Assembly: GCA_010093995.1 (NCBI GenBank)
Contig: ML992507.1
Coordinates: 1,113,868-1,177,867, forward strand
DNA: 64,000 nt
Direction: 5' to 3'
DNA from: Elsinoe ampelina
Taxonomy: Eukaryota
The translations under genes were made by a program, and so were the position numbers. The notes below the pieces were generated by a model. It ran no database searches. It worked only from the letters and a program-made list of their open reading frames with translations, and had not been told where the DNA came from. Positions within the stretch are counted from its first letter, which is position 1. Each line of letters starts with the position of its first letter. This document shows positions 12,263 through 27,899 of this stretch, piece by piece.

Positions 12263-15200
12263 TACGTTACGAAATCCCTAACGCTAGGGAGCTATATTAG
12301 ACTACTTCTAAGCAACTAACTTAGTTTAACTTAGTTTAATATAATTCTCTAGTTACCCCTAGGTCCTACTTAGAAGTAATATAGTTTTTCCCTATAGAAA
12401 TCTAAAAACCTCTAATGCGTAGTAAATAGAGACGGCCTAATAGTAGATAGCGTACTACGTGTATCTCTAATCTTAGTTTAAGCATTTCTTAGTTTACGAA
12501 GTAATTAGTTTATATCTACTCTATAAGCTTAATAATATTAATTATAGAAACATTCTATTACGTAGCTTACCTTGTAGTATATATTATATATATCTATATA
12601 TTATATAGACCTTGTAATTTGTCTACTACGTCTAGAAAATTATATAAGGTCGCTAGAATATATATATTACTTTATGTTCTACTTAACGCTACTCTTAATA
12701 ACGATATATATACTATCTTCTTATAATTCTATATCCTTATCTCTTAGTTCTATAAAAGTATCTCTATCTAGTAGATATCTATTCTCCTTAATGTCTAAGA
12801 TACTACTACTATACTTTAGGCTAATTCGGTACTATAAGACTAGTTTACGTAGTAGGCCTCTAAACTTCTTATATACAAAGGATAAAAAGTTTATCTATAT
12901 CTATATACCTAAGAAATTCTTCTACTATGCCTCGACTACTAGTAAATCGCTATTAAGTTGTCTATCTTAGGATAGTATAGCATATATATAATTAAGTAGC
13001 CCGGGTAAATATCGCTATTAAGTCTATTAATCCTCGTATATACTAACTATAACCTAACTTAGTTTAGTAGTAGTTAAAGTTATAACGAGGTTACTATTTA
13101 TATTAGGTATCTATACCAGCTATACTTCTATCGTAGAAGTTACTATAGAGCAATTTAGTACTTCGCTCCTATATATAAACTAAGTAGTACCTTAATATAC
13201 TATAATAGAGTATTTAGCCTTAATTAGACACTCTTCTTAATCTATTAGTATTAAACTTAAGAAGCTAATAGAAGAATTAAGCTTACCTCTTAAAAGGTAC
13301 TTAGTAGAAGCATTTCGTACCGGTGCTATATAATAGCTATTACCCTCGCTATTAGGCCTATTATTATATACCTAACTTCTCTATAAGTTAGTTCGAAGTT
13401 AGGTAGGCTAAACTAAAACGAGAAGGTATATATATACCTTTCCCTTATATCCTCTCTATCTAATAGTTTCTCTATAGTATTAGCGTAAAGAGATATATTT
13501 AACACTACTACTATAATAGTAAGTCTATTTCTCTTAATACACTTAGCAAAGCTAAGTTTTAGCTAACGAAGGATAAGAACCTATCTCGGGCTAATCTACG
13601 CTAGAAAGTTATTTTAAATACTTAGTCGGACATAATTAAGTTCTAAAGGTTCTATATATTTAAATACTAGTATTCTCTTAGGTAAGTAGAACTTAACTCT
13701 ATTTACTTGCTTAACTAAGAGTATATAAATCATTACTAGGAGAAAGGAAATAAGAAAGAGTATTAGTTTATTAAAGTAATAGCAAGTACTAGCTATTATA
13801 GCTAAGCCTATATATCTAATAAAGGCTACTCGGAAGGCTTTATATATTAAAGAACTCCTAAAGCATTTACGCTACTATATATAAGTAATTAATTAATAAG
13901 TATATCTAGTATATACTAAATCGCTATTCTTATATTAGTACTTTCTTTCCTCTAGTAGCCTATATATCTAATTTAGTAGCTTACTATTCTCTAGCCTCTT
14001 AGCTAGCTATTCGTAGTAGAGTATCTCGCTTACTATTTATATAATGTTATTATAACTATAGTAGAGCGTCTCTTAGAGCTACACGTATATTAATAAGTAA
14101 TTAGCTTTAGCTATGTAACTTACCTTACTAGCTATAACTATAGAAGGGTATTTACCTATAGTTCTCTATAGATAAAGTACTAGTAGCTAGTTACGGACTA
14201 AGCGCTAGTACTATATAATTCGTAGAAGTAGCTATTAATTGTCTAATATTAGTAATATTATATTATAATCTACTCCGATAGCTATACTTATATATAGATT
14301 ATTATATACTATCTCGAAAATGTTAAGATACTAGTTTAGTACATTCTATTACCTCTACTTTACTATCTTAACTAGTATAGAGGTTAACGTTAGGCTATTC
14401 TTGTTAGGTTATAGCTCCCTTAAACTCGGATTAAGAGTAGTAATGTCTAATTTATACCTTCTTCTTTGTCTTTAATATTATATTTATAGCCTATATAGTT
14501 AGCTTAGTCTCTCTTAATACTAAAGCCTTACTCTACTTTATCCTAGTTAAAATAACTTAAATTATTATCTTTAGAATACTTATCGGTCTTATAGTCTAAG
14601 CTATATAGGCGCTAACATGCCTAAGACATCTTAGTTTATAATAGTTCTAATAAAGAGATATATAGGTATAAGAGAGTTAGCAAGGTAAGCCGGAATAATA
14701 TATACTATAAGGGGGATAGATAGTTATCTTATATATGTTATAGTAACTTAGCGTTAGTTTAAGTTAGATAATAGCTTAGTTAGGTGTTTAAAGTATATAA
14801 CTTTCTTCTAATTAGAATTAGTTATATCTACCTATACTCTAAAGTAATCTTAACTAGTAAGGGTATTAAATTAGATTTATAGCTAGGTCTAACTCGCGGA
14901 GTGCTAATTACTAGAAGCTAAACTAAAAAAGAAAGCTACTTAAACTTACTTAGACTAAATACTTAAACTAAATATAGTATTTGTTATTAAGTTAAGTAAT
15001 AATTAGAGTAGAAATACATAGAGAGAAATTATAGATTAAACTTAGACTAAGTAATTATATACTAATTTAAAAGACTATAGGAACTAGCTATTATATATAT
15101 AGACAGGTAGTATAATTTATATAGTAGCTCCCTTATTAATTACATTAGTAGTTCCCTCTTTACTAAGTAGTATATCTTCTAAGTGCTAAAAGCATTAATT

Positions 15201-17073
15201 ACTTACTATCTCGCTATCTAGGGTGTTCGAATAAGATATGCTAGATAGAGTAGCTTATCTTCTACTAATTATGTTATAATAGAGAGCAGGCGTTAATTAG
15301 CTATTAGTAACTATATATAGTAATAGTAGAGTAGCACTATTAGTATAGCGTCGTATACTCTTGTTTAATCCGAATAAGCCTCTTAATACTCTACTAGTAA
15401 GGTCTATAGAGGCGACGCTAAACGCGTAAAAAGCTTTACTAATATACTTCCTAAGTATATTATTCTCTTACTCTAAGTATATTATTCTCTTACTAGAGTT
15501 GTCTAATTAACCTTACGTTCTTCTCTACTATTAATTACAATTAGCCTACTTTCTACTAAACAAGTATAATGTCTTTCTCTAGGAGTTACTATCTATTAAG
15601 CTATTTAGGCTACTAGGTCCTATGTTGCTTTTGCTAGCTACTAACGTAATTATACTCTTCTTCGTGTATATATAGTAGAGAGCTTCTAATTTAAGCCTCT
15701 AGCTAGTTAGGGAGACTGTTAGAAGACTATGCTTTAACACCTAAATAGATAAGAGAAGCCTATATACTTAATCCTATAGTCTAGATATTAGCCGCTAGAG
15801 AAACAAGGTTAGTATAATTAATATCTATACTTAAGAGCCTAGCCGAAAGATACTAATAGACTCGATAGATTAATAGTAGAAGAATAGATAAGTAATTCTA
15901 AAGGGCGATTTAGTTAAAAGGTAAGGAAGGATAAAGCGTAGTAAACGAACTAAAACTCTAAGGTTTAGTAGTAGGTATAGCTTAGTATAGATTACCCTAC
16001 TACTTTTTAGTTCGACTTAGTCTACTACTAGACTATTCTTCTTTATGCTTGCTTTAGCTAGATACTTTTCTTAATCTTGTTACCTTATTAGGATATAAAG
16101 AAGTAAACTATATAATATCTTAGATAAGATAATAGCCTTAAACTAGATAGTATTCTCTATTATAGCGAAATACGGCGTTCTATTATTCTTCTAACCTATA
16201 ACATCGCTTTGCTTATTATATATATAGTAGTCCGTTATAATTAATATTACTCTTAGCTAATTAAACTTAATATTTATATTCTCCTTAGATATAGTAGTTA
16301 TAGCTTTATAACATACAAGTAAAAGATCTTTAATTAAGTAGATAGGACGTATCTCTCTATCCTTATAAACTACTAATAGTATATTATCTAGTTAATTAGA
16401 GAGTAAAGGCACTTATAATTATAATTAGCAATCTAAGGATTTGTTCGAGGTAAGTATATTAGTACTATTCTACGCTCCTCTAGGCTTATATAATCTTAAG
16501 TATAACTATACCTACTAACGTCTAAAATTAGTACTTATCTTATAGACGAGAGTATAGAAGGTAGCTTAACTATCGCTACTCTCTAAGAGCTCTATTATAC
16601 GCCGAAACGTGCACTGAATATTATTACTATCTAGTACTACTAGAAGTACCTTCTTCTCTAACCTTCTCCTATTAGAAATTAATCTAAATATTCTTCTAAC
16701 TATGCCTTTACCTATTATAATATTCTCTAAGAGACTATATAAGTCTCTATAGCCTTTATCGTTAAGGGCGAGAGCTTACTTAATAGCTTTAATTAAGCAT
16801 ATTACTAGTTAATAAGAAGTAGATATAGGTATAGCTACGGAGAAGAGGAGAGAAAGAGAAGAGAAAGTAAAGGTAGAAGAGTAGTAGTATAGATAGCAAT
16901 TCGGTGTAAGTATTACTTATAATAGATAAGCCTTAGATCTTAGTTTACTTATAAGAGAGGCATACTAGAATTATACTTAGTTATAATTAGTTAGCCTAAA
17001 CTAACACTTATAGAACTATAAAGTTTAACGCGCTAAACTTTATCTCCTCTTAGTTTTGTTATATGTTTATTAT

Positions 17074-17874
17074 ATAGCGATATAACTATATTATAAATAC
17101 GATTCGTAATAACGCCTTAGTTTATACTCTCTACTTATACTAACCTAAACGTAGGCGTTAGCGTCCCTAGTATAACCTTTTCTCTCCTTTCTATTCGACC
17201 TTAATAATAGCTAGCTATCTATTATAGTAGATTCCTATGCCTAGTATACTACAATTATTAATTATTATATATACTATAGCGACTTTAATATTTACTTCTA
17301 CCTTACTGTCGCTACTACTTTTAATAGTATTCTCTATACTAGCTATGTTATGTTTATAGAATTAACTACTACTAGTACCTAGTAGTTACACCGGAGTAAA
17401 TCTATTATAGTATACCTCTCTATCTTGCCTACTACGCTGCTATAGGCTTAAGGGTATATAAGGAAACTCCGACACCTCTTTTTCTCTCTCTACTACCGCT
17501 GCCCTCTATAGCTTCCTTTATACTAGCTATGTATCATTAGTAGAATTAGCTACTATCTTTACCTAGTAGCTACAACTAAGTAAATCTATTACGGAGTATC
17601 TCTCGATCTTATAGATAGTACTACTAGGGGTTCTAGCGTATATAAAGAGAGTAGAGGAGCTAGCGTCTACTAGGAATTACCTGCCTTATAGTATAAGAAT
17701 GTTAAGGGGAGAATTATAGAGAAATAACTAGTATAATAAAGAGGAAGAGATAGAGGCATATCGTAGGTAAAGATATGTCTACTACCTCCTACTAGATAGT
17801 AGCTTACTATAGAGAGTATTATAGGCGAAGCTATATTAGTAGTATTCTCTTTTATAATTGCTTTTATAGTAGAG
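17074..17874 (+). repeat. ~800-bp direct repeat, copy 1 (copy 2 at 24247-25046)
   Basis: Colinear alignment by eye; differences mostly C/T and G/A transitions. Confidence 0.92.
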
Positions 17875-20800
17875 TTTTATTATTAGTAGCGCTTTATTAT
17901 AACTTTCTCGCGTTAGCGATATACTTCTTTCTATATAGATTATATACCTATCGCTTTAATCTCTCTCCTCTAACTAGTAAATAAAATCTCCTTATCTAAT
18001 ATATATAAGTATACTATATATCTTTCTTTATTCCTTATTATTTGTCTTATCTCCTATCTACTATAAAGATATTAAGGTTATTGCTTTATATAATAATACT
18101 CTTTATTAAATAGTCCGCTAGCTATTTAAAGTATATATAACTTTATATATAGTACTAATATATAAGTATTTAGTATAGTTAATTACTTCGATACTAATTT
18201 TCTATAATAATTAGTACTTATAATATCCTCTAATAGCTATGTTTTGTTTGCTTATCTAATTTACGCCCTATAATATTTATTAGTAGTAAACTAACTTATT
18301 TACTTTTAGTTCTAGTATCGACCTAATATTAGTAATTATTATATGTTACTATTAGCACGTACGAAATATAGACTTAGTTAACCTAGTTCACTTTTAGGTT
18401 AAGGCTTAAACTAAATCTTAGTTATAAGTATACTACTTACTTCGGTATACTATCTTAAATATAAATTTTATTATATTTAAGAAGTTACTACCTACTTTCT
18501 ATATAGTATTTTAATATTATACTAGGTAGTAGGTATTTATAATTACTAGTATTTACTCTATAGTACTTAACTTACTACGCTTAGTTCCTAGCTATATAAT
18601 CTTAACCCCTCTAACCTTACCTACCTTATATAACGCCTTTACTAGTAGATATTCTTACACTTATTAAATATATATAATAGTACTATGCTACTAAAGATAA
18701 AGAAGCTAAAGGTCGCTACTAAACCTATAGAAAAGATTCTACTTAACGACCTTACGCTAGCTCTTATTAAGAATATACTTCGCAATAATAATATTAGTAA
18801 GAAATCTATCTAATTCTTCTTTAATTAGAATAACTAGTAATACTCTACTACATTTATAAGGATAAAGGAAATAATCTTAAAAGTCTTTATAGAATCTAAT
18901 ATCAAAATTAAGAAACAAGATAGAAGCAAGTTATATAATTCTAAGGTACGTAAAGCATATCTTAAAATTAAAACTAGGCTACTAAATAGTACGCCTAACG
19001 ATTTTTAGCTCTTTATTAACTAACTAGATTAGAAAGATCTAGACTAGTTTAAGAAGAACTTATAGACTATAGTTAATATTAACAAGATAAAAGCTATATA
19101 GTAATTATTCTAAAATACTATATAATTAATAAAGGCAAATCTCCTATTAGTTAAAAGGGAAAGAACAACGTCGCTAGGTAAAGAAGGCACCTAGAGTCTA
19201 TATCCTTTAGCTATCTTGTCTATATAGATACTAATACTCTCCTAAGTAAGAACACTATCCTTAGAGAGATATATAACTTATATAAAGATAGGTAATAAGA
19301 GATTAGATTTATATATATAGCCTTATTATAGAATATTTAGCTTTAACTAGGGGCTAGTGTCTAATTGTATCTAGATTAACATTAAATTCGCTACGATCTA
19401 GATTATAGAGGTTATTAAAGTAGATACTATTCCGTATCTAACATTAAGAAAGAATATCTACGTCTACGACTTAAGAAAGTCTAGTGCCGGTAAGGACAAG
19501 AATTGTTATATTAATTACTACATTAGTAAGCTTAGGTAGATCCTTAACATTAGAGGTAATTACCTCTAACTCTACTAGCTCGACACGTATAACTCTATAT
19601 AAGTCTTTACTATTAAAGACTCTTTCGATCTAGACGCTACTATTACTAAGTATATTATAACTCTTATCCCTAGTACCTATAAGATCTTTCTCTATCTTAC
19701 TTCTTTTATAGTATCTATTAAAGATCTTCCTAACTTTATATAAAGTAAGTTTACTTCTTCCTTATTTATCTATATATACTAATACTTATAGACAACTCTT
19801 ATTAATATTATAGTAGCTAGTAACTACTTCCTATAGCCGAGGCTACTATAGAAGAGAACTTAGAAGTGTTTCTTACTCTTAAGAAGCTTTACTTTATAAA
19901 TATTAATACTAATAAGAAGCGTAAAGAAGATTAGTAGAAAAAGAATATTATAATATAGAACGTTTAATATCTATAATAGCGACTAAACTACTAAAGGTAA
20001 GAGTAGTAATACTACTATGTTTTATTTACTATTATGTTATTTATAAAACTATTTAGTTCTTAACTAATAAAGTTTTATTTAGCTTGTTCTACCCCTAAGA
20101 GGCTATAGCTCCTATAAATCCTATAATTTCTATTATTGTTATTAGAAGTAAACTTACTTAATAGTTCTATAACTATAGCTAGACAGATTCTAACTAACTT
20201 AGTAACTTAGTTCGGGGTATAGTCTTACTTTATATAGTTTTAGAAGAATATAGCTCCTTCTCTCCTACTAGAAGAATATAGCCTATTTAGACTATAGTAT
20301 ATATCGCCGAGGCACTATCTATGTTTCTACTGCTTTAATAGCTTAAAGAATATTATATAAGCTACTATATACCTAAGGCCGGCTATCTATCTAGATAAAT
20401 ATAATCTCTCGGAGCTCTCTAATACCTCTCCTAAGTTCTACTTTATTACTAGTAACTTCCTATAGCCCACCTAGCACACTATAACATATTAGAGTAAAGA
20501 GAGTAAATCTAAGAAGATAATAACTTACTTCTACTAATATAAGATTAATATTAGTATTAAAAAAGTAATATGTTCTTAATATTATTAATAATAGAAACAA
20601 AGTAATACTACTATAGATATAATAGACTAGGGCGTTTAATAATAAATAAAACAAGTTAGCGAAATAGGATCTTGTCCCCTATTATAGTAGAAGTAATAGT
20701 ACAAGTTTTAGTTCTATACCGAACTTAGAGTTAACTAAATTAAATAAGAATAGTATAGTACTATAAAGGAGCGCGTAGGTATTACTACTAATATAGTTAT

Positions 20801-20949
20801 TAGGCTTTACTCTTGTATACTAGTAAGGTTTATATATAGTATACTTAGAAGTTAATAAAGAATTCCCGCTAACTATTATTAGTTCTAGCTACTACCTTCT
20901 AATAAATAGTAAAGATGCTTTAGGTTAGGTTATACCTCTTAACTAAGTA

Positions 20950-22600
20950 CAAACTTAAGTTAGTTTAGTTAGCCTAAAACTAGAAATAAACTTATTTTAT
21001 ATTAGGGCGAATAAGTCCTTTAAGGGAATACTATAACGCCTAGCTATCTTATACTTCTCCTCGTTAGGCAATTACTACTTAGTATTAGTATAGCTCTACT
21101 AACTATATATATAGGTTTAGTATTAAGCTTAATATTTAATATAAGGTTAATTATACTAAGAGAAAAAGATTAGATATCTACTACTTAATAAAGGCAGCTT
21201 CGATATAGTAGAGCTAGTCTCTATCTATAGGCAGTAAAGACGTACCTATTATAAAGAATAAGAGAGAATAAACTAGATATAATTTAACTTAATATTACTA
21301 TATAATATAACAAGAGGTAGCTCTCTACCTATACGAAGGTAATATAAGAATAGTTAAAGCCTATCGTAGCCTCCTTTTCGTAAATATAATAGTTACTTCT
21401 TGTTTCTAGTTCGAAATCTTCGTATTAGTCCCTATATAGATAGCTAGACTTCTATTTATTCCTCTTAATATATATCTTAACCTAATTATAAAACATCTAG
21501 TAGCTATACTTACTTTTATGTCTTATTAGGTTTGAGATATTTCTAACTAGAACTTTAAAGTTTTAATCGAGGATAGATATCTTATTTCTTTAGTAGTACT
21601 ATATATATAAATCGCTTCGTATATAGGGGAGTATACCTTAACTACAATTATAGAGACGCTATATAGGAGAGAGTAGTATAGAATAATATTTATATTTAAT
21701 AAGCAAAAGAAACCTAGAGATAATTATACTAGATATTGTTATAAGCTTACTTTATTTACTCCGCTACCTTGCTAGTATAGAAAGAGTAATAATATTAACT
21801 AATATTATAGTAGAGGCTATAGACACTCCTTAGACTTTATATCTCGAGCCGAAGTAGTAGACAAGTATATAGCTAGTACTACGCTAGATTAGAAATATAG
21901 AGCCTTTATGTTATTATTCCTAAGATTATAGAATAGAAAGCCTATAGTTAGAAGACTAAGAGGCAGTAAGGGATTATTTATACGTATAACTCTATAGCGC
22001 TAGTAGTAGCTATAGTAGTTAGTTTAACTTAGTTAGTCTAGTTCGGTTATTACTAACAAGAGAGCTATATCTATAATAACTTAAGAGAATCCCGAATAGC
22101 CGAGCTATTAGGATTAGTAAGGGCACTAAAGTTATTATTATTAATTATAGAGAGAAGTCTATAGTAAGCTACGTAAGTATTATCGAGGTAGCTATATTAA
22201 AGTAAACTTACTTCGAGAAGGCTACGCTAGTTAGTTCGTAACTAGAAATAGTATATAGTTCTATAACAAGTAGAGTACTAGTGCTTCTACCTTAATAGTG
22301 TAACTTTGCTTAATACAAAGTTAGTATATAGATCTAATTATTATAGTAGGCTTCCGATAGTGCCTTAGAGAATATAATATTCGCTAGTATAGATATAATA
22401 ATAGCGTTTATGCTTAAGCTAACTATACTATTCTATTAGCTAAAGAAGTAGGTTAACTATAGCTATAATACACTAATAATAATATAGAAAGTTATATAAG
22501 ATAATATAGCAAAGTAGACAAACTAAAAGCGTAGTTATTTAAACTAATAAAGGAGTAATAGCAAATTATTAGTTTATTCTTATTAAGACCGGTTAAGAGA
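20950..22600 (+). pseudogene. Second, more diverged SNF2-like helicase relic (C-terminal part clearest)
   Basis: 21880-22460 aligns with 29690-30270 at a ~7810 offset (e.g. gcctttatgttattattcctaagattat vs tcctttatagtattatttctaagattat; shared GTTAGT...CTAAY.AG intron-like segment). Confidence 0.6.
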
Positions 22601-23094
22601 ACACTTACAATTTTCACCTAAAAAGTACTAGTTTTAGTTTAGTAAACTAATCGACTACCTCTAATAGATTAACTATAAGTATAAACGACCTAATGTTATA
22701 TAGCTAAGGCGTCTTTATATACTACTATTACTATTTTTTCGTAGAGGCTATTTATAACTAACTTATTATAATACTAGCGACAAGTTAAGATATAAGATAG
22801 TAAAAGCTATAAATTATTTACTAGCTAAAATTATTATACCTACGTAGTACTTCCTATTTTACAATTGCTATAAAAGCCTCTACTAAGGACAATAGCGTAA
22901 TAATAGCTAATTAAGTATAGTATTTAACATCGTCCTTAAGTAAGAGATAGCTAACAAACTCTATCGCCTAGATATATTAGAGTAAACTCTATCTTAACAT
23001 GTCTAGTACTATAGCGTAGATACAATTTTAGCTTTAGTCTACCGACGCTATATAATAGCTTAGTCCTATTAGCTCTACTACGAATTATAGTAAA

Positions 23095-23544
23095 TAAGAA
23101 CTAAACTAAGTAACGAGGTAGAAATAATAGCCTATAGCTAGTATAGAGTGTCCTTCCCCCTTTGTCTACTATATAGTATAGTATAGTAGATAATCCTCTT
23201 AGTCTCTTTACTAACCTTAACTCTTAACCTCTAGTATATAGAATAGATAGTAATAGTAATAGTAGGCTTAATAGCGACATACACAAGGAAGAGAAGAGTA
23301 TAGATAAGGTTATAATAGAAGGTATATATAAGAAAGAGTAAGTAATTACAGCAAGTATAACTAGTAGTACGTCTATAGAGTAGAGTACTAGAAGGTTGTT
23401 CTTATCTAGTAGAGCTATATCTAATTATACTACGTTCGAGATAGTAACTAGTATACTAGCTAGTAGCGAGGAGTTAGTAATAGATATAGTTTATTCTTAG
23501 TTTATATTAACTAATCTTATCTAGATCTCCCTAAGTCTATAATA
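23095..23544 (+). repeat. ~450-bp direct repeat, copy 1 (copy 2 at 30904-31353); truncated 5' part of the Plavaka gene
   Basis: Near-identical apart from transitions; both copies end ctagatctccctaagtctataata. Confidence 0.9.
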
Positions 23545-23919
23545 CATCCTTTACTCCGAGCAATTAATAAGATATAGCTTAGCTAAGGACTCTTAGCTTA
23601 GTACTTTAATGTTTAATAAAAGGCAAGCTACTAACTTAGATAGATAATTTTAATTCAAGTTAGATCGTTGTAGTAGAAGCGCCTTTTAGTAGAATACACT
23701 TACTACGGACTACTAGCCCCTATATAATATTCTAATAAATCTACTTCTACCTATGTAAGGGTACTAAAGATATATCTAAGTTACACACGCGAAGGCTATA
23801 GTAGTCTAACTAATAGCAAAATAGTGTTTACTAGTAGGAAGCTTACTCGGCTTAAATTTAGTAGTATAAATTGTTGCTTTACTCTATCTCTAGCATGTTA
23901 TATATAGCAGTAGTAGAGG

Positions 23920-24118
23920 GCAGCCGGCAGGGGACGGCTAGTAGTTTATTACGTCGAACTAATAATTTCTTAGTTCTCTCTCTTAAAGTTTAAAGATAAT
24001 TTAAAATTTCGACCTAACCGTAGCTAGTAGAGGACAGCTAGTAGTTTATTACGTTAAACTAATAATGTCTTAGTCCTCTCTCTCGAAGTTTAAGAATAAC
24101 CTAAAATTTCGACCTAAC
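23920..24118 (+). repeat. 100-bp tandem duplication
   Basis: gctagtagtttattacg...aaaatttcgacctaac occurs at 23937 and 24037. Confidence 0.85.
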
Positions 24119-24246
24119 TAGATTAAGCACTTCTTAGAACTTAATTATATAATGCTATTTAATTATATTCTTCTCTAAAGTTAGGTATTATATGTTTAGA
24201 AACTTGTAATCTTAATAGCATTATAAATGCGTTATAAACTCTATTT

Positions 24247-25046
24247 ATAGCGATATAACTACATTATAGATATAATTTACTATAATACCTTAGTTTACGC
24301 TCTCTACTTATACTAACCTAAATATAAGTATTAGCGTCCCTAGTATAACCTTTTTTCTTCTCTCTATCTAACCTCGATAATAGCTAGCTATCTATTATAG
24401 TAGATCCTCTACCTAGTACACTATAATTATCTATTACTATATATATAATAGCGACTCTAATATTTACTTCTACCTTGCTATTGCTACTACTTCTAATAGC
24501 ATTCTCTACACTAGCTATATTATGTTTATAGGATTAACTACTACTAGTACCTAGTAGTTACGCCGGAGTAAATCTATTATAGTATATCTCTCTATCTTAC
24601 CTACTACGCCGCTATAGACTTAAGGGTGTATAAGGAGACTCCGATACTTCTTTCTCTCTCTCTACTACTACTACCCTCTATAGCTTCCTTTATACTAGCT
24701 ACGTATTATTAGTAGGACTAGCTACTATCTCTACCTAGTAGCTACGACTAAGCGAATCTATCGCGGAGTATCTCCTAATCTTATAAATAGCACTACTAGG
24801 GGTTCTAGCGTATATAAAGAGAGTAGAGAAGCTAGTGTCTACTAGGGATTACCTGCCTTATAGTATAAGAATATTAAAGAGAGAATTATAGAGAAATAAC
24901 TAGTATAACAAAGAGGAAGAGATAGAGAAATATTATAGGCAAAGATATGTCTACTACCTCCTACTAGATAGTAGCTTACTATAGAGAGCGTCGTAGGCGA
25001 AGCTATACTAGTAGTATCCTCTCTTACTATTACCTTTCTAGTAGAG
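24247..25046 (+). repeat. ~800-bp direct repeat, copy 2
   Basis: Matches 17074-17874. Confidence 0.92.
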
Positions 25047-25555
25047 CTAGGTAAGGAATAAAGCATATTTATAATTATGTAGAATATACTATTAATCGCC
25101 TATTCTACGGAATATATAGCCTTTACTCTACTTTACTACTTAATTCTATATATAGCAATTATAAAGTCTAGATAATTAGATAGTAGTATATTACTTTCTT
25201 TGTTTCTTTACTAGTATCTATAAGCTATACTATACACTATATATACTATACTCTTTATTCCGCTATAGGCTACTAACTACCTTCTATTTATGTTCTATTA
25301 CTATTATCCTTCGTATATAAATACTAGTTTCGCTATTAAAATATTGTTTAATTATTTTATATTAACTGCTACTATATTTCTTCTATTTATTAGACTATTA
25401 TTCCTTAAGATCTACCCTAAATACGACAATAGTATCCTTAGTATATATAGTATATAAAATAAAAGGTAACTAAGTACATAGACTATAGTTACTCTTAGTT
25501 TAGTGTCTAAACTAAGTAATTTACTATTATATATATACTATATCTAGTATACTAC

Positions 25556-26018
25556 TGTCACGAACCGTCTAAACATAGTCTACATTAGTAGTCTAAGCTA
25601 AGCTAAGAACGAGGTAGTTCTACTTCTATAGTAGTATAGTACTAAGGTAAGAGTCGGAGAAGGTATGTCTTATAGATAATAAAGTACAATTAGATAGTAT
25701 TATAAAGGCTAGCCTTAGTAATACTAGTGTTTGCTATCTAGACAAGGTTAACTATAGTACTTACATAAGGTAAGGACTGTTCCTATATACTTATGTTCTC
25801 TATCGCGTACTCTATATACTCTATATACTTCGTAGCGAAAGCCGGGAACAGCATAAAGTACATGTCTACTAGTAACCTACGCGCTCTATAGTCTCTAGGG
25901 TAGAGCTGCTAGAGAAGATAGAGAACCGGGTAAACGTCGGGCTAGGTCACGTAATAACCTTAGCGGTTTAATTAGTCCTAACGTCCCTATGCTCTAGCTG
26001 TTCTACTAGTTCGTAACA
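25556..26018. mobile_element. Solo LTR (463 bp) with 5-bp TSD ACTAC
   Basis: TGTCACGAAC...GTTCGTAACA termini; ACTAC at 25551-25555 and 26019-26023; partial second copy at 5-205. Confidence 0.92.
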
Positions 26019-27899
26019 ACTACTACGTGCTTAGTTTAGAGCCTAACCTAAGTTAACTAAATTTAGGTTACTTCTCTCCTTAATTGCTTTAGTTTACCTT
26101 TGTTTATACTCTCTTATATATAAATAAATAACTTATATAGCTCTCTAGTATTTCTTTAACTTCTTTAACCTTTCTTTTAAGCGCTCTTTACTTAAATATC
26201 TCCTCTTTAGTTAGGTTTTAGTTAGGCATATATTATAAAGTATATAGACCTACTATGTTAATAAATTCTCTTCTTAATTCTTCTAAACTTATAAATATAT
26301 AATACCTTTATAGAATCTCTTTTTTAATATCTACTATACTTACTTAACCTATTTACTAGATATTATTCTAAGCTTTATTTATAGCATATACTAAGCTTAT
26401 AGATGTATATAATATATCTAAGAATTAGTCTAATAGCGCTAGTATAGCTACTAATAATATTCCGCTCTATAAAAGATCTTCTATAGAAATTTAAGTATAG
26501 CTCGATAAAAACTTTAAGATTAAGAGATTCTTCCTTAAATTCTTTAACTAGAATAACGACTAGTATACTACTATACGTATAAGAGTATAGAAAGAATATA
26601 AGAATACCTACATAGTTCTAGGACTTAAATATAAGAAACCTTAGAATAGTAATATTAATATAACTATAATTATAAATAACATTAAAACTTCCCTACGATA
26701 CTCTTAGGATAACTATACGAAGATCTTCTTTTAAAGACTATACTATTAAGACTAAGACTAGTTTAAGAGGAATATTAGAAACTATAACAATATATCTAGT
26801 TATAATATTATTAAAGATTTTGTCCTTACTATTAAGGCGTAAGAGCTTAGAAATAAGAAGAATTAGACTAAAGTAGATAAGAAGGCTAATCCTAAGAAGT
26901 ATATTAGAAAGCGCCTCTCCGCTACCTAGTCTAATAGTAGACTCTCTAAAAGATTAAAGACTTCTATACTTAGTAGCGGACTTATAAGTATAAATATTAA
27001 TTACTATACTAGTTAGCCTATACATTAGTAGTAAATACTAGAGGACATGTCTTGTCTAGTCTAGAGTATTATTAATAAAACTATTATTAACTTTATAATT
27101 GTTAAGTAATTAAATATTAGCCTAGGCGTAATTATAAAGAGAGAATGTTTATGTCGTCTATAGGTATTTAGTCTAAGAATTTTAAGGTTATATCTAGGGA
27201 ATTATAATCTAAACGTATATAGCCTTAATAAGATTAGGCTATTCCTAAAGGAGAAGAAGTTAGTTAGTAATAATATTATTCTTGTATAGATAAATTATAT
27301 AGAGCTATATAACATTCTACTTATCTTAGACAACTACGACCTACGTGCTACTATAATTAACTATATTAACTTCCTAGTCGAAGGTAGTAATATAATCTTT
27401 ATCTATCTTATACCTAGTATAGATCTAGTTAAGAAGCTTCCTAAAGAAGTACTTTATAAGTTTAATACTTAGTTTAACTTAGGTGTATACTAATATACTT
27501 AGTTAACTCTCTTTAGTATTATAATAGTTAAAAGCTATTAACTCTAGTCTAGAAGGAAGAGAAAGAGGAACCTCTAGCCTCTCTATCTTTAGCTAAGCAC
27601 CTACTACTACATAAACCTACCTCTAAGAAGTAACCTAGCTCTCTACTACCTAATAAGGATAATACTACTATTAACTATTATTCTACTCGAGTAATAGAAG
27701 ATAAATACTATAAGTAATACTAAGACAGTAATTAGTATCCTTTTATAATTATACCTAGCAAGGAGCAAGTAAGGTACTATATTCCGTTAGTCCCTAAGAC
27801 ACTATCTATACCTATCCTAGCGCTTATAACTTATATATTTAATAAGACTCTTAGTAGCTTAGACTTTGTTAAACTTTATACTATAAACGACAATAACGA

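Noticed and set aside
15451..15494. Exact 22-bp tandem duplication
   Set aside because: Two copies with no spacer; simple slippage, not an array.
17074..25046. 800-bp direct repeats as LTRs of a retrotransposon
   Set aside because: No TG..CA termini or TSD seen and no gag/pol motifs between them; better explained as module duplication.
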